DNA from: Octopus bimaculoides | Taxonomy: Eukaryota | Reading direction: 5' to 3' | Assembly (NCBI RefSeq): GCF_001194135.2 | Contig: NC_068984.1 | Coordinates: 18,247,530 to 18,311,529 of the forward strand | Length of the DNA: 64,000 nt | Shown here: in pieces, positions 1 through 12,318 of the stretch | Numbering within the stretch: the stretch's first letter is position 1 | Layout of the letters: each line of letters begins with the position of its first letter | The notes under the pieces: model-generated | Seen by the model: only the letters and a program-made list of their open reading frames with translations | What the model was told of the DNA's origin: nothing | Databases searched by the model: none | Translations under genes and position numbers: made by a program

Positions 1-1593
1 TACTTACACAGTATACTGCCCAGTCAGGTGGGTTAGGGACCACATCTCACTTATATATGAGCATGGAGCTTTAATACTCTGATTATGCTATCTTTTAGGG
101 AAATGGATTTAGGGAGGAAGAAAAAGAAGCTTCTATATTTAGAAATCAATGATTTAAGAAAAAAATAAAGGACAAACACATTAATTGCTGTTACAATGAA
201 TCTGCTATATAAGGAAGTAAAATAAGTTGAAGCAGGATGCAAGCGGTGATGTAGATTCACTCTGACTTTTAAGATATGATGTCAAGAAGAAATAATATAA
301 TAATATCTCATATATAATCATATTAGATGTTTCACATTTCTATTGTCATAAATTGGAAAATAAGGGAACTAAAAGACATATGAAGGAAAGCAAGTAAAAT
401 TATGGCAGATTGAATTTATAATTCATCACCTAAAATCTATTAACATTTGAAATACATATTTGTGATGCATTCCTGAAGAGAAAACTACAGTAATAAGATT
501 TATGAAAATATCTTTTAAAATAGAAATATTTCAGACGAAGTTAAAATATTTTATCAGACATAAATTTAGTTAGATGTGAGTCTACAAGGGAAAGTGTATG
601 CGGTCACTTGTTTTGTTTTATCTGTCTATACGGTGTCTAAACCTTTTACAGTGCTTACTGAGACTGGTGAAAGGGATGCAGGAAGATATCAACAGACTAG
701 AGGTCTGACTCAAGTGCATACAACAGAGTGGAGTCTACTAAAGACCTCCTAAGGTGCCAGACAAAAAGCATATGACCAGTAGAAATAGCCAAGTCACTCT
801 CAAATCACACTCATTTGTCTTAGGAAAAGAAAAGACACTTTGGATAATGTTATTGCATGTATCTCTAAAATGATAGGATTGTAATGTTTGAATGCCTTTA
901 ACCATAGGTCTGTTGGATCAGGATTCACTTGGAGATAAATAACAACCACATAATCATTAATGATTACTGAGTGTTGGGCAAACAGAAAAATCTGAAAAGA
1001 AAAAGTAAATGATATTGATAGTCTGGTATTCACATATCAGTCCTCCGAATGTGTGTTATCAAAATTGAGAAACCATGAATAATTTCGAAGTGGAGGGAAG
1101 GAAAGTATTTGTAAAGAATGGAATTTCAAACCATCCTTAGAATATTAACATTAGGAATGATAAAGTTGAAGTTCCTATAAAACTCTAATTCCTGATAATT
1201 TTACAGACGAAGGATTTCTTGGTTAAGAGAGCCAAGTCTGGCTTCCCATCCTTTCTGTTGCCCTTAATCTCATTGGCATTACGCTTATCTATTAGACAGT
1301 TTTCCTGTAACTTACAGCAAAGACTTTTATCTCCTTATGGAACTTATTTATGGAACATGTTTAGAGATATAACACAGTGCAGGTGGTGCTCCCAATAATC
1401 TGAAGACTAATTAAGATACAGTTACCACCTACAACTTAAAGAATTACTGATTAAAATGATGTGAAAATAAAAATTTAAAACAGAAAAAGGAAAAGAATTC
1501 ACTTGGAACTCCCTTGGTTTGTGTGACATGGAGACACCTAAACTTGACAAAGTACTTCATGTATATACTAAATTCTCTGGGATTAACCTGACT

Positions 1594-1855
1594 CAGCAGT
1601 TCTCAACCAATTTTCGACTATGGACCTCTTTGATTCTTGTTTTATTTACTGGACACTTATCCATTCAATGTATACAAATCAAAAAAAAAAAATCCTATTA
1701 TATTTTTGTAATTACATGTTATTAAGAATTGTATAAAAAAAATTAAAATATGCTGTGTATTGGAGAAGTATAAGCATTTTATTGCACATAAATTTTAACA
1801 AGAAAATCTTATATGGACTCCCAAGGGCCATATGGGCCCAGGTTGAAAACCACTG
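1594..1855. mobile_element. hAT-like MITE (about 260 bp)
   Basis: Terminal inverted repeats CAGCAGTTCTCAACC and GGTTGAAAACCACTG (12/15 match), like Charlie-type hAT TIRs. No clear 8-bp TSD. Confidence 0.6.
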
Positions 1856-3189
1856 GACTAACCCAAAGACTGTGCATTCAATAAAGACTTGGACACAAAA
1901 TACCTCTTTTTTTTACTTGGGTATTTTCAGTAGATTACTGTGTATACACTATATTTCATGCTTGAGCTTCTCCCTTTGTTTGTTTCTGTGAAGAGACATT
2001 GATACAGAAACCGAAAAAAGAAAAGAAAAAAAGTAAATAAGAAGTTACTACAATTAAAACAAAATTCCTTAATGCAAATGAACTTGTGTATAAAACAAAA
2101 CTGAAAAAAAAATATTCAAGTATTTAATAACTCATTAAGGCTATTTTAAGACTCATGACTGACATAATATTTTAATACAATGGAAGCTTGCATCATACGG
2201 TGATGAACATTTTTCATGTGACAGCTTGTTTGTTTGTGTGAGTGGGTGTTTGGGTTTGTGTGTGTGTGTTTTAGTACATGTCTGTGTATGTTGCAGAGTT
2301 AGAACTTGGAGCTTTTTCATTCAATACGACAGGCACAATACCTTTTTGTACGTCCCCTCGAATCTACACTGAACACTTGTAAACAAATCAACTCCACGCA
2401 TCATCATCATTGTTATTTGTGCATCCATTTTCTCCTTGATGGTCAGGGTAGGACAGGCAATCTTCTATGACTCAGGCCTATCCTCACAGCAATTCTTTTA
2501 CAACATGCAAGGCTGTGCTTATTCTAAACACTTGGACTTGCATAGCTGTGCATGTGTGTAGATATACACATATGCACATGCATACTCATATGGCTGTGTG
2601 TATTTATACATACATGTATGTATGTATATGTGAAGGCATGTGGATTAATAGTTAGGGTGTTGCTCTTTCAGTTTCATGATTGTGGTTTCCATCCAGGACT
2701 GGGTGGCAATTCTAGATGGGGCAGCAATCCTGGACCAGACAGCGATTCTAGACTGGGATGTGTGTAATTTCCATGAGCAAAACACTTCACTTCATGTTAC
2801 TTAAGTCCACTCAGCTGCAAAATGATCGCCAGTAAGCTAAGCCAAGCCTGATATGCTGAATTTGGTCTTCATTCACTTCAACACCTGACTTGTGGCACAC
2901 CATGCACCTGTACAGGTAATGGCACTTTAAAGGAGGGTGTGAGCTAATGTGCAGCACAAGCATTTAATAACCATAATTCATCTGTGCAGGTTGTTCAGCA
3001 GGAGCTTGCTGAACCTTTACCTGTCATTTACAACAGTGAAACCAATAACAACTGGCATGAAAAAAAAAGAAACCAATGCACCAGTGTATTGCACAAAGGG
3101 TGAAATTGTTATATTTATTGCACCCATGTTTCCCAAACATTTGTTTGTCACTGTCTGTACGTGAAGTACAGCAAACCAGATTCTGATCC

Positions 3190-3545
3190 ATTAGATGAAA
3201 GGCAAAGTCAATGCCAACAGAATTTGAACTCAGGATGTAAAGGTGGGCAAAATGCTGCTAAGCACTTTGCTTGGTGTGCTAACAGTTCTGAAGGCTCAAC
3301 ACCTTAATAATAAAAGAAATAATAATAATAATAATCCTTTCTACTGGAGGCACAAGGCCTCAGATTTGGTTAGGAAGGGTACCATTCAATTACAATGACC
3401 CTAGTGTTTAACTGGTACTTAATTCATCAACCCCCGAAAGGTTGAAAGGCAAAGTCGACCTCGGCAGAATTTGAACTCAGAACGTAGCAGCAGATGAAAT
3501 ACCACTAAGCATTTTGCCCAGTGTGCTAACAATTCTGCCAGCGCA
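3190..3545 (-). mobile_element. Two tandem tRNA-derived SINEs with Nin/Deu-like core and (ATT)n tail
   Basis: Minus strand GGCAGAATTGTTAGC (A-box-like), GAGTTCAAAT (B-box), core GTCGACTTTGCCTTTCAACCTTTCGGGGGTTGAT, tail GAAAGGATTATTATT. Homologous to copies at 28367, 30340, 31184 and 62463. Domain name is from recall. Confidence 0.8.
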
Positions 3546-4251
3546 AATATATTGTGCATGTGTTTATATAGCAACCAAAAAAAAAAATCATCTCGAAATA
3601 CAACAATAATAGAATAATAATCATCTTTTTAATGACATTAATTACTTGTCCCATCCTTGTTTCAAAGATTGTGGAGGCAATTCTAATAAGTCTCCATTGC
3701 TATATTGAATCACTTCTCCTTCTTGAAATAGATAAAATAATAATATTTTCTCTCAGTGGCTGAGCCAATGTGCAGCTGTTTTGGCCATATAGTTTTATAG
3801 TTACGAGTTTGATATGTAGCATTGCACCCACTGTGTTGTTGCTTTGTGAAACAAAGGTATGGAATATTTCGGATCTCAGGTAGCATAGAAAGTTCCACTC
3901 AGAAAGTCCACCATGAAAACCATAATTAAAAGATGCTTACAGTTTGAAATGCTTCCAACTTTTGAAACAGGTTCTCCAACAAAAATAATGTTGAAATTTT
4001 CAAAAAAGAAACAAAAGTTTCTCTTTTTTTCTTTTTAACATGGAAACTAGTTGTCAAACATTGACTAAACTAAAATTTTAGACAATAAAAAAAATGTTAC
4101 AACATAACACATTACAATGAGTTATTGTTAGATTCCTATTGGTATTCCAAAATGTTTCTTTTTTCTTTTATGTGTCACTATTTATAGTCAGTCTAGACTT
4201 TTTTGTGTACATTCTGCCTAGACCTGTTCTGACGGCACATATTTGCATATT

Positions 4252-4610
4252 ATCATCATCATCATCATCATCGTTCAACGTCCGTTTTCCATGCTCGCAT
4301 GGGTTTGACTGTGGACTGGCAAGCCAGTAGGCTGCATCAGGCTCCAATCTGATCTGGTAATGTTTCTACAGCTGGATGTCCTTCCAAATGCCAACCACTC
4401 CAAGAGTGTAGTGGATGCTTTTTATGTGCCACTAGCACAGGAGCCAGTCAGGGGGCACTGGCATCGGCCACATTTGGATGGTGCTTTTTATGTGCCACTG
4501 GCACAGGAGCCAGTCAGAAGGCACTGGCATCGGTCACGTTCGGATGATGCTTTTTACATGTCACTGGCACAGGAGCCAGTCAGGCGGACCTGGCATTGAC
4601 CACATTTGGA
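4252..4610 (-). mobile_element. SINE with (ATG)n tail, Meta-domain-like core and internal 66-bp minisatellite
   Basis: On +: (CAT)n, CGTTCAACGTCCG, core CTGGATGTCCTTCCAAATGCCAACC, then three 66-bp units starting at 4417, 4483 and 4549. Same family at 6621, 9760, 12030 and 21490. Confidence 0.8.
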
Positions 4611-6620
4611 TATACGTTTGTATAAACATGTGTTTGTATGTGTGTTTATATATATTTATGCATATATAAATGTGCTCATCTGTGTATATGTATAAAGTCG
4701 GGAAGACATGTGACTTAGTGGTAAGGGTATTCTTGATCTCTGAGCTTCCGAATAAATCAAATTAAGCAAGTTCAGTGTTCATCAATGCCTTGAACTAAAG
4801 GGAGCACACATATTGATTGTGAGATTGTAACATTCCATGAAATATTTTGCAATTAGTCTTTTTCCTCTCTATACTGCCATGTAATATGTAACTGAGGTTC
4901 AATATACCACACCTTGTGAGGAGTGAAACCCCTGAGCAGACAAGCAAATGGATTGGTTTTGAGATCCTCAATTAGGTTTTGGGAGGGGATGTGTAGATTA
5001 CTGTTTTCTTGTCATATTATTTAAACTTAGAAGTGATGTTGTCTAGGCAAGAATAACTAGTATTGACATTCTGAGCCTTAAAAAAGCTTGTGGTATTTGT
5101 GTTCACGAAGACATGTAACTTAAGTACTAAGCCAAGTTACTTTCCTCTTCTTAACACAATTCAATACACAATGTATTGAGTGCTCTTTTCTTTTGATGTA
5201 TAAAAGTGAATGTATTACATGAAGCAGGCTACATATATCAAAGTGAAGCACACTCAACATAAATGGTTAGCGACTTGCATTAATCAGAACTTGTCAGTTC
5301 ATCTGTTTCTTCAAGTCTTATGGAATCCTTCCTTAAAACTTAGTATTAATCATCAGACACCTGTACAATTTCAACTAGTGATATGCTGTTGAAGTCAGAG
5401 AGGAAATTCTTTTCACTTTTATTTAGAGCTCTTAAAATTACTCTGTGAAAAATTTAGTTAGAACACAACTTATGGTCAAAGGGAGGTAACTAATTAAACC
5501 CTAATATTGCTGATGCAGAATGGATGTTTTAATTCCTAAATGAAAGAAATGTTTGATTGTAATTAAGCCTTTGAACTATAATAGCCATTTCTTCATTCAG
5601 ATAAAATTCCACACAGCTCTTAAATTGTTAGTGGTTTTTGATAGAAAATGTTTCAGACTATATTAAATGGAAAATTGTTTAAAGATAAAGGCCTCACAAG
5701 AATGGCAATGACAGATGTGACCTATGCACATTATAAAAAAAAAAAAAAATTTTCAATAAAGAAAATTAAAAAAAAAAGAAACCGATCCTAATAAAAATTC
5801 ACTGTAACCAGAGAAATACTTAGCTGAAGTGTTCACAGTATGTGTTCAGAGTATGTGAAGTGTTCACAGTATGTAAAACATGCAGATACATTTATGTCCT
5901 GCGACTGGACACAACTGCACTGAACAAAATATTGTATTTATGCATGTGGGTGAGGCACTGCGTGAATACATGCACATTTTAGCTTTGCATATTTTCTTAC
6001 ACTACACCAACAAAATCTATACAGCTTCTTTTGTTTTTCTTTTTCCTATTTTCCTACCAAGCTAATCTTTATTACCTTAGTCTTCATTTTGTTTCGTTTG
6101 GAATTGAGTATGGTCATTTTCCATAAGGGACATAACATCTTTGAATTACCAGTTACCTCCCTTCAGTCATAAATTGGGGAACATGACTGATTAACTAAAT
6201 TTTCGTGAGAGTGATTTGAATGCCCTAAACAGATGTGAATTGAACTTTGTCTCTAAGCTCACCATCATATCACTGGTTTGATATTGTTTAGGTGTCTACA
6301 CATTATCAAGTTGAAATGATGTGTAGATTTCATGAAGAAATAACTAGTACTTCCCTATTAAATAGGTACTTCCCTATTATCAACACCCAATTTTTTTATT
6401 TACTAAAGGATTAGTAAATGAACTATTACTTGCATTATAGGGTTGTAATAGAAGACCTGTGCCCTTTTGGAATAAGTGTCAATGGGCAAGGAATTGAGTG
6501 ATTGTTTCTTACTCAGATAGAATTTTTAGTCTAAAACAATTAGTTTTATATATTTTTGCCCTCCAATTCCATCAGTAAACAAACAATTGGCTGTCAATAA
6601 TAGGAGAGTACCACATATAT

Positions 6621-6830
6621 CATCATCATCATCATCATCATCGTTTAACGTCCGCTTTCCATGCTAGCATGGGTTGGACGATTTGACTGAGGACTGGTGA
6701 AACCGGATGGCAACACCAGGCTCCAGTCTGATTTGGCAGAGTTTCTACAGCTGGATGCCCTTCCTAACGCCAACCACTCAGAGAGTGTAGTGGGTGCTTT
6801 TACGTGTCACCCGCACGAAAACGGCCACGC
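6621..6830 (-). mobile_element. Meta-like (ATG)n-tailed SINE, runs into an assembly gap
   Basis: (CAT)n + CGTTTAACGTCCGCTTTCCATGCTAGCATGGGTTGGACG...CTGGATGCCCTTCCTAACGCCAACC; near-identical to the 9760 copy. Confidence 0.85.
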
Positions 6831-7550
6831 NNNNNNNNNNNNNNNNNNNNNNNNNNNNNNNNNNNNNNNNNNNNNNNNNNNNNNNNNNNNNNNNNNNNNN
6901 NNNNNNNNNNNNNNNNNNNNNNNNNNNNNNNNNNNNNNNNNNNNNNNNNNNNNNNNNNNNNNNNNNNNNNNNNNNNNNNNNNNNNNNNNNNNNNNNNNNN
7001 NNNNNNNNNNNNNNNNNNNNNNNNNNNNNNNNNNNNNNNNNNNNNNNNNNNNNNNNNNNNNNNNNNNNNNNNNNNNNNNNNNNNNNNNNNNNNNNNNNNN
7101 NNNNNNNNNNNNNNNNNNNNNNNNNNNNNNNNNNNNNNNNNNNNNNNNNNNNNNNNNNNNNNNNNNNNNNNNNNNNNNNNNNNNNNNNNNNNNNNNNNNN
7201 NNNNNNNNNNNNNNNNNNNNNNNNNNNNNNNNNNNNNNNNNNNNNNNNNNNNNNNNNNNNNNNNNNNNNNNNNNNNNNNNNNNNNNNNNNNNNNNNNNNN
7301 NNNNNNNNNNNNNNNNNNNNNNNNNNNNNNNNNNNNNNNNNNNNNNNNNNNNNNNNNNNNNNNNNNNNNNNNNNNNNNNNNNNNNNNNNNNNNNNNNNNN
7401 NNNNNNNNNNNNNNNNNNNNNNNNNNNNNNNNNNNNNNNNNNNNNNNNNNNNNNNNNNNNNNNNNNNNNNNNNNNNNNNNNNNNNNNNNNNNNNNNNNNN
7501 NNNNNNNNNNNNNNNNNNNNNNNNNNNNNNNNNNNNNNNNNNNNNNNNNN
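6831..7550. other. Assembly gap; others at 10042-10051, 25776-26004, 31037-31172, 35934-35943, 44142-44968, 54223-54290, 57237-57549
   Basis: N runs, almost all bordered by microsatellites. Poly-X ORFs in the track are artefacts. Confidence 0.99.
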
Positions 7551-8104
7551 ATATATATATAGACTTTCTCACTTCCCGAGCATTAAACTAATACATCTGT
7601 TTGTTGTTTACACACACACACACACATTCATTTTTATATCTTTCTCTGTGTTATCTTAAATTTGACAGATATATTATTGAGGTATTACCTTTTAGTCAGA
7701 TACACGTGTCACTAATTCTTTCCTGTATTTTCTTTGGGTGGCTAGAGGGGTGGGGTTCTTTCAAGTAAAAAGCTTTGTACTCCACAAGTCTTTGAAGGTA
7801 CCTATGTTTCAGTGATTTTTCAGAGAAGTGCAAATGTAAACACACACACTCACTTCTTATTTCAATTGCTGCCTACCAAAACTACTTATAAGGTTTTGGT
7901 CAGCTCAGGGCTACAGTAGAAGACACCTGCCACATATGTTGCACAGTGGGACTGAACCTGAAACCATGTGGTGTGTAAACAAAGTTCTTAACCCCACAGT
8001 CATGCTTGTGTCTGTGGGTGGACTGATTCACTGAAACATATCCACACACCATATTTGACTAGGATTGAATTATGAATTTTTATTTGTTTTATATCTATAT
8101 ATAG

Positions 8105-8149
<45 letters not shown>

Positions 8150-8151
<2 letters not shown>

Positions 8152-9290
8152 GCTGGAAAACTTGGAGGGTGGTTAAATGACTTTCTGAAAGATAGAAGCC
8201 AGGCAGTAGTGGCCGATGGAGCCACCTCAATGAAAACACAAATAGTGAGCGGTGTTCCACAGGGCACTGTCTTGGGACCACTGCTTTTCATAGTGGCCCT
8301 CTCAGATATGCCCTCAACTGCCCGGATAGCCACCCTTGCTAGCTACGCAGACGATATGAAAGTCTTGCAGAAAATACAGAACCCCAGCAATGTTGCACAT
8401 CGACAGCAGGAGTTGGACTCAATTTACAGATGGGCTGAGAATAATGATATGAAGTTTAATGCTGAAAAATTCCAAGCCCTGTGCTACCAGCGTCCAAAAC
8501 TGAATATGAAACTTACAGTGTACACTGGTTCACAGGGAATTACAATCCCAGAGCCTGAATTAGTGAGGGACCTGGGTATCGACATGTGTGATGATATCTC
8601 TTTCCAAGGATGGTGATAAAGTGCAGACGACTGACTGGATAGATCCTCAGAACATTCACAACCAGAGATAAGGAAACCATGATGGTCCTCTGGAGGACAT
8701 TCATCCTCAGCCACCTGAAATACTGTTCCCAACTATGATCACCCAACAGTGTAAAAATTAACAGCAGACCTTGAAGCAATCCAGCAAAGCTTTGCAAAGA
8801 AGATCGTCTCTTTGCAACAGCTGAGCTACTGGGGAAGGCTGAAACAGCTAAGACTCTACTCCCTGGAGTCAAGGTGGAAGAGGTATGCAGTAATATATAA
8901 CTGGAAGATCCTGGAAAGAATTGTACCAAATTTTAACATTGAAAGCTACACCAATGCCAGAACGGGTCGACACTGCACAGTGCAAAAGATCCCAGCAATG
9001 CCATCGCACTTCAGAACCAATTACTGCAACAGCCTGGGTTTCAGGGGCCCACAGCTTTTTAATATTCTCCCAAAAAGCCGAGGAACCTACACAAAGTAGA
9101 TGTAGACGTTTCTAAATCAAAGCTGGACCTCTTCCTGTCGAGAGTCCCAGACGAACCCACCTCACGACAAGAGGTGCAAATGAGGGTAGCTTCATCAAAC
9201 TCCATTCTACACCAAGTGCCACATATTAGAGGAGGATCTCAGTAATAACAGTGTAGCAACATGGTAGTGCTCCATCTTGGCCACAGCTCT
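8150..9290 (+). mobile_element. 5'-truncated CR1/L2-group LINE: RT C-terminus plus 3' UTR, pseudogenised
   Basis: Motifs SGVPQGTVLGPLLF, SYADDMK, RDLGI, ILRTFTTRDKETMMVLWRTF, LYSLESRWKRYAVIYNWKILERIVPN; in-frame stops and frameshifts; begins directly after a (CA)n run. Confidence 0.9.
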
Positions 9291-9373
9291 GAGCTGAAAC
9301 TACAAAAGAAAATATATAAACATATAATGCTGATCCCTATATGTTTATAATTATATATATATATATATATGTA

Positions 9374-9755
9374 GAAGCGCAATGGCCCAGTGGTTAGGGC
9401 AGCGGACTCACCGTCATAGGATCGCGATTTTGATTCCCAGACTGGGCGTTGTGAGTGTTTATTGAGCGAAAACACCTAAAGCGCTACGAGGCTCCGGCAG
9501 GGGGTGGTGGCGAACCCTGCTGTACTCTTTCACCACAACTTTCTCTCATTCTTTCTTCCTGTTTCTGTTGTACCTGTATTTCAAAGGGCCAGCCTTGTCA
9601 CACTGTGTCACACTGAATATCCCCGAGAACTACGTTAAGGGTACATGTGTCTGTGGAGTACTCAGCCACTTGCACGTTAATTTCACGAGCAGGCTATTCC
9701 GTTGATCTGGTCAATTGGAAGCCTTGACGTCGTAAGCGACAGAGTGCCAACATAA
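9374..9755 (+). mobile_element. Full-length tRNA-derived SINE inserted after (TA)n
   Basis: A-box TGGCCCAGTGG at 9383-9393, degenerate B-box TTTTGATTCC at about 9428. Body homologous to 34289-34612 (+) and 14645-15090 (-). Confidence 0.85.
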
Positions 9756-9759
9756 GTAA

Positions 9760-10041
9760 CATCATCATCATCATCATCGTTTAACGTCCGCTTTCCATGC
9801 TAGCATGCGTTGGACGATTTGACTCAGGGCTGGTGAAACCATATGGCTACACCAGGCTCCAATCTGATTTGGCAGAGTTTCTACAGCTGGATGCCCTTCC
9901 TAACGCCAACCACTCTGAGAGTGTAGTCGATGCTTTTACGTGTCACCCACACAAAGGCCAGTCAGGCGGTACTGGCAACGGCCACACTCAAAATGGTGCA
10001 TTCCATGTGCCACCCGCACAAGAGCCAGTCCAGGGGCACTG
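9760..10041 (-). mobile_element. Meta-like SINE, tail-to-tail with the preceding SINE
   Basis: Same (CAT)n tail and CTGGATGCCCTTCCTAACGCCAACC core; about two internal 65-66-bp units before a 10-N gap. Confidence 0.85.
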
Positions 10042-10051
10042 NNNNNNNNNN

Positions 10052-10106
<55 letters not shown>

Positions 10107-10501
10107 CATATATATATATAGATACATATATGTATATACACATATACATATATATATATATATACATATATATAGATATATGTATGTATATATACATATA
10201 TATATATACATATATATAGATATATGTATGTATATACACCTATACATTTATATATATATATATACATATATATACATTTATATATATATATATACATATA
10301 TAGACATATATTTAGATACATATGTATATACTCATATATATATATGTATGTATGTATTTACACATTTATATATATATATATGTATATACACACACATATA
10401 TATATATATATATATGCATATATATATATATATAGATATATATATATGCATATATATATATATATATATATATAGATATATATGTATATATACATACATA
10501 C

Positions 10502-10539
<38 letters not shown>

Positions 10540-10570
10540 ATACACATACACATTTATATATATATATGCA
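10052..10570. repeat. Compound (TA)n/(TACA)n/(TAGA)n/(TG)n microsatellite field
   Basis: Read directly; explains the YI/IY ORFs in the track. Confidence 0.97.
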
Positions 10571-12029
10571 TGTCTGCTCTGATTTATTATCAGCTTCCTT
10601 CCTCCGCCGGTCTTTGCCCAGAAGACAAGCTTTATCCAATACTGACATAGGTATTTGTTCTTTTAATTTGAATCTTTTATTTTTCCTCATTTTTTATACA
10701 AAAACACCTCTGGATTTCTAATTTATTTTAAATTGCCAACCCAGTGGGAAATTCTGTTTCAGTAATTTAGATATGCTGCATCTAAAGATGTACTATTCCA
10801 AAGGTTATCGAGCTCGGCCACTCATTTTTACTTTTTATCAAATGTCATTGTGTCATGGAAACATATTCTCTTGAAGTATTTTCTTTTTCTTATTGATTTA
10901 TCTGATTGTGGTATTCGCTTATGAATCCTTCTGATCTAAGTATTTCTGGGGGTTTTTTCCATTCATTTTTTGTTATGGATTCTAACAAATGAAATTCCAG
11001 TACACTGTTTCTTAAAAGAAAATATATAGTTTTTTTCTGGGGGTTTTTTTTTTTCTTCCTCCTTTCTAAATTTTTTTTATACCAAGCAAAAATACTTTTT
11101 CCTCAGATGTCCACTATGAAGTAAAAGCAAACATAAAAAAAGTTTTGTTCAGACTCTATTATAAGCTTGGATGTTCTTTGTGATATTCAAAGTTTAGATA
11201 CAGTAGTTCATGCTTTTTAATCTAAGTTAGAAAGGACCACATTGTCGCAACAGTATAATGATTGGATTTCCATCAATGCAGCTTTATAAACATTGATCTT
11301 GGGGTTGAGATTCTGAATTAGGAATAATGATTTAGATCTATAAAGGAAAAGACATGAGAATCTTTGCCATTCATGGTTTTTCCAAAGAGCCTTAGTTGTA
11401 ACAACACAAATGAATTAAATGAGTTTTAACTGGGCTTCAAAAGTAGGTCATAGATTCGATTTGATGAGACCTTTCTGTCGCACAGCAATTTCACTTGACT
11501 CTCTTGAAAGATGGAATGAATGTTGCAAATACTTTGTTTTGCCTTACTAGATATGCATGCACTTATACACCACACACACACAATCAACATCATCATAATT
11601 CTTATATTTATATAACATTATCCTTTCCAGTATGGAGTGCAAGAGTCTACAGTATGTTTTATATCTATATATATGTAGATATGTAGATATAAGAATAATG
11701 TAACACGAGGATGGAAGATACCAGGCTTTAATAGCAAATCACAACATTTGTGACTGCACTGGGTACCAGCTTTAAATTGCTGAGTTTACATTTATAAACC
11801 ACTGTATAAGGTTATTCTTTAGAATTACTATATAATTGAATATTTTTTAAGTAACAACTGTGTGAATGCATCATTGGGTGGAATGCAATCAAACACTGTG
11901 TGTGTGTGTGTGTGTTGAAGGGGTTGAATACACCTAGGGTAACAATAGGTGGAAAGGTAAATGAGTTGGGAGTGCCTAAGTGGAGGAGGTATGAGATTAG
12001 TTGGTTCTGAGTAGCAGAAGACAGCATGC

Positions 12030-12318
12030 TTGTGGCTCAGAGGCTGGAGCCTGTCCGTAAGTGATTGAATTCTAGTCAGTTGAGCAGCATTTTTATGGAA
12101 GCAGCCTGGAGTGTCTCTGCATAGCCCGGCACTGTCCCTGTTGTGGGGAATTGTAAGTCTTTAGAAAATTGCAATGGATATGATTGGCATTAGGAAGGGC
12201 ATCCAGCCTTAGAAAGCATGCTTAAACAGATGACTAGGGCCTCATGCAGCCAGCTCCTGTCAAACCATCCAACCCATGCCAGCATAGAAAACAGACATTA
12301 AATGATGTTGATGATGAT
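12030..12318 (+). mobile_element. Diverged Meta-like SINE, opposite orientation to its neighbours
   Basis: TTGGCATTAGGAAGGGCATCCAGC at 12184-12207, CCATCCAACCCATGCCAGCAT, (GAT)n tail at 12303-12318. Confidence 0.75.

Noticed and set aside
4417-4610. Repeat arrays (66-bp and 17-bp) as possible CRISPR-like structures
   Set aside because: Contiguous tandem units with no unique spacers, no cas genes, eukaryotic context.
6697-7659. Long ORFs containing X runs (also near 25.7k, 30.9k, 44k, 54.2k, 57k)
   Set aside because: They are open only because N gaps contain no stops.
8638-8740. Two probable Trp codons of the LINE changed to TAG and TGA, suggesting deaminase hypermutation
   Set aside because: Only two events and no consensus to compare; ordinary transitions suffice.
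9374-9450. tRNA-like sequences at SINE heads (also 34289, 43052, 62463)
   Set aside because: Degenerate A/B boxes fused to SINE bodies; no intact cloverleaf, so not called tRNA genes.
9936-10721. Many YI/IY/HT/CV-rich ORFs
   Set aside because: Translations of (TA)n and (CA)n microsatellites.
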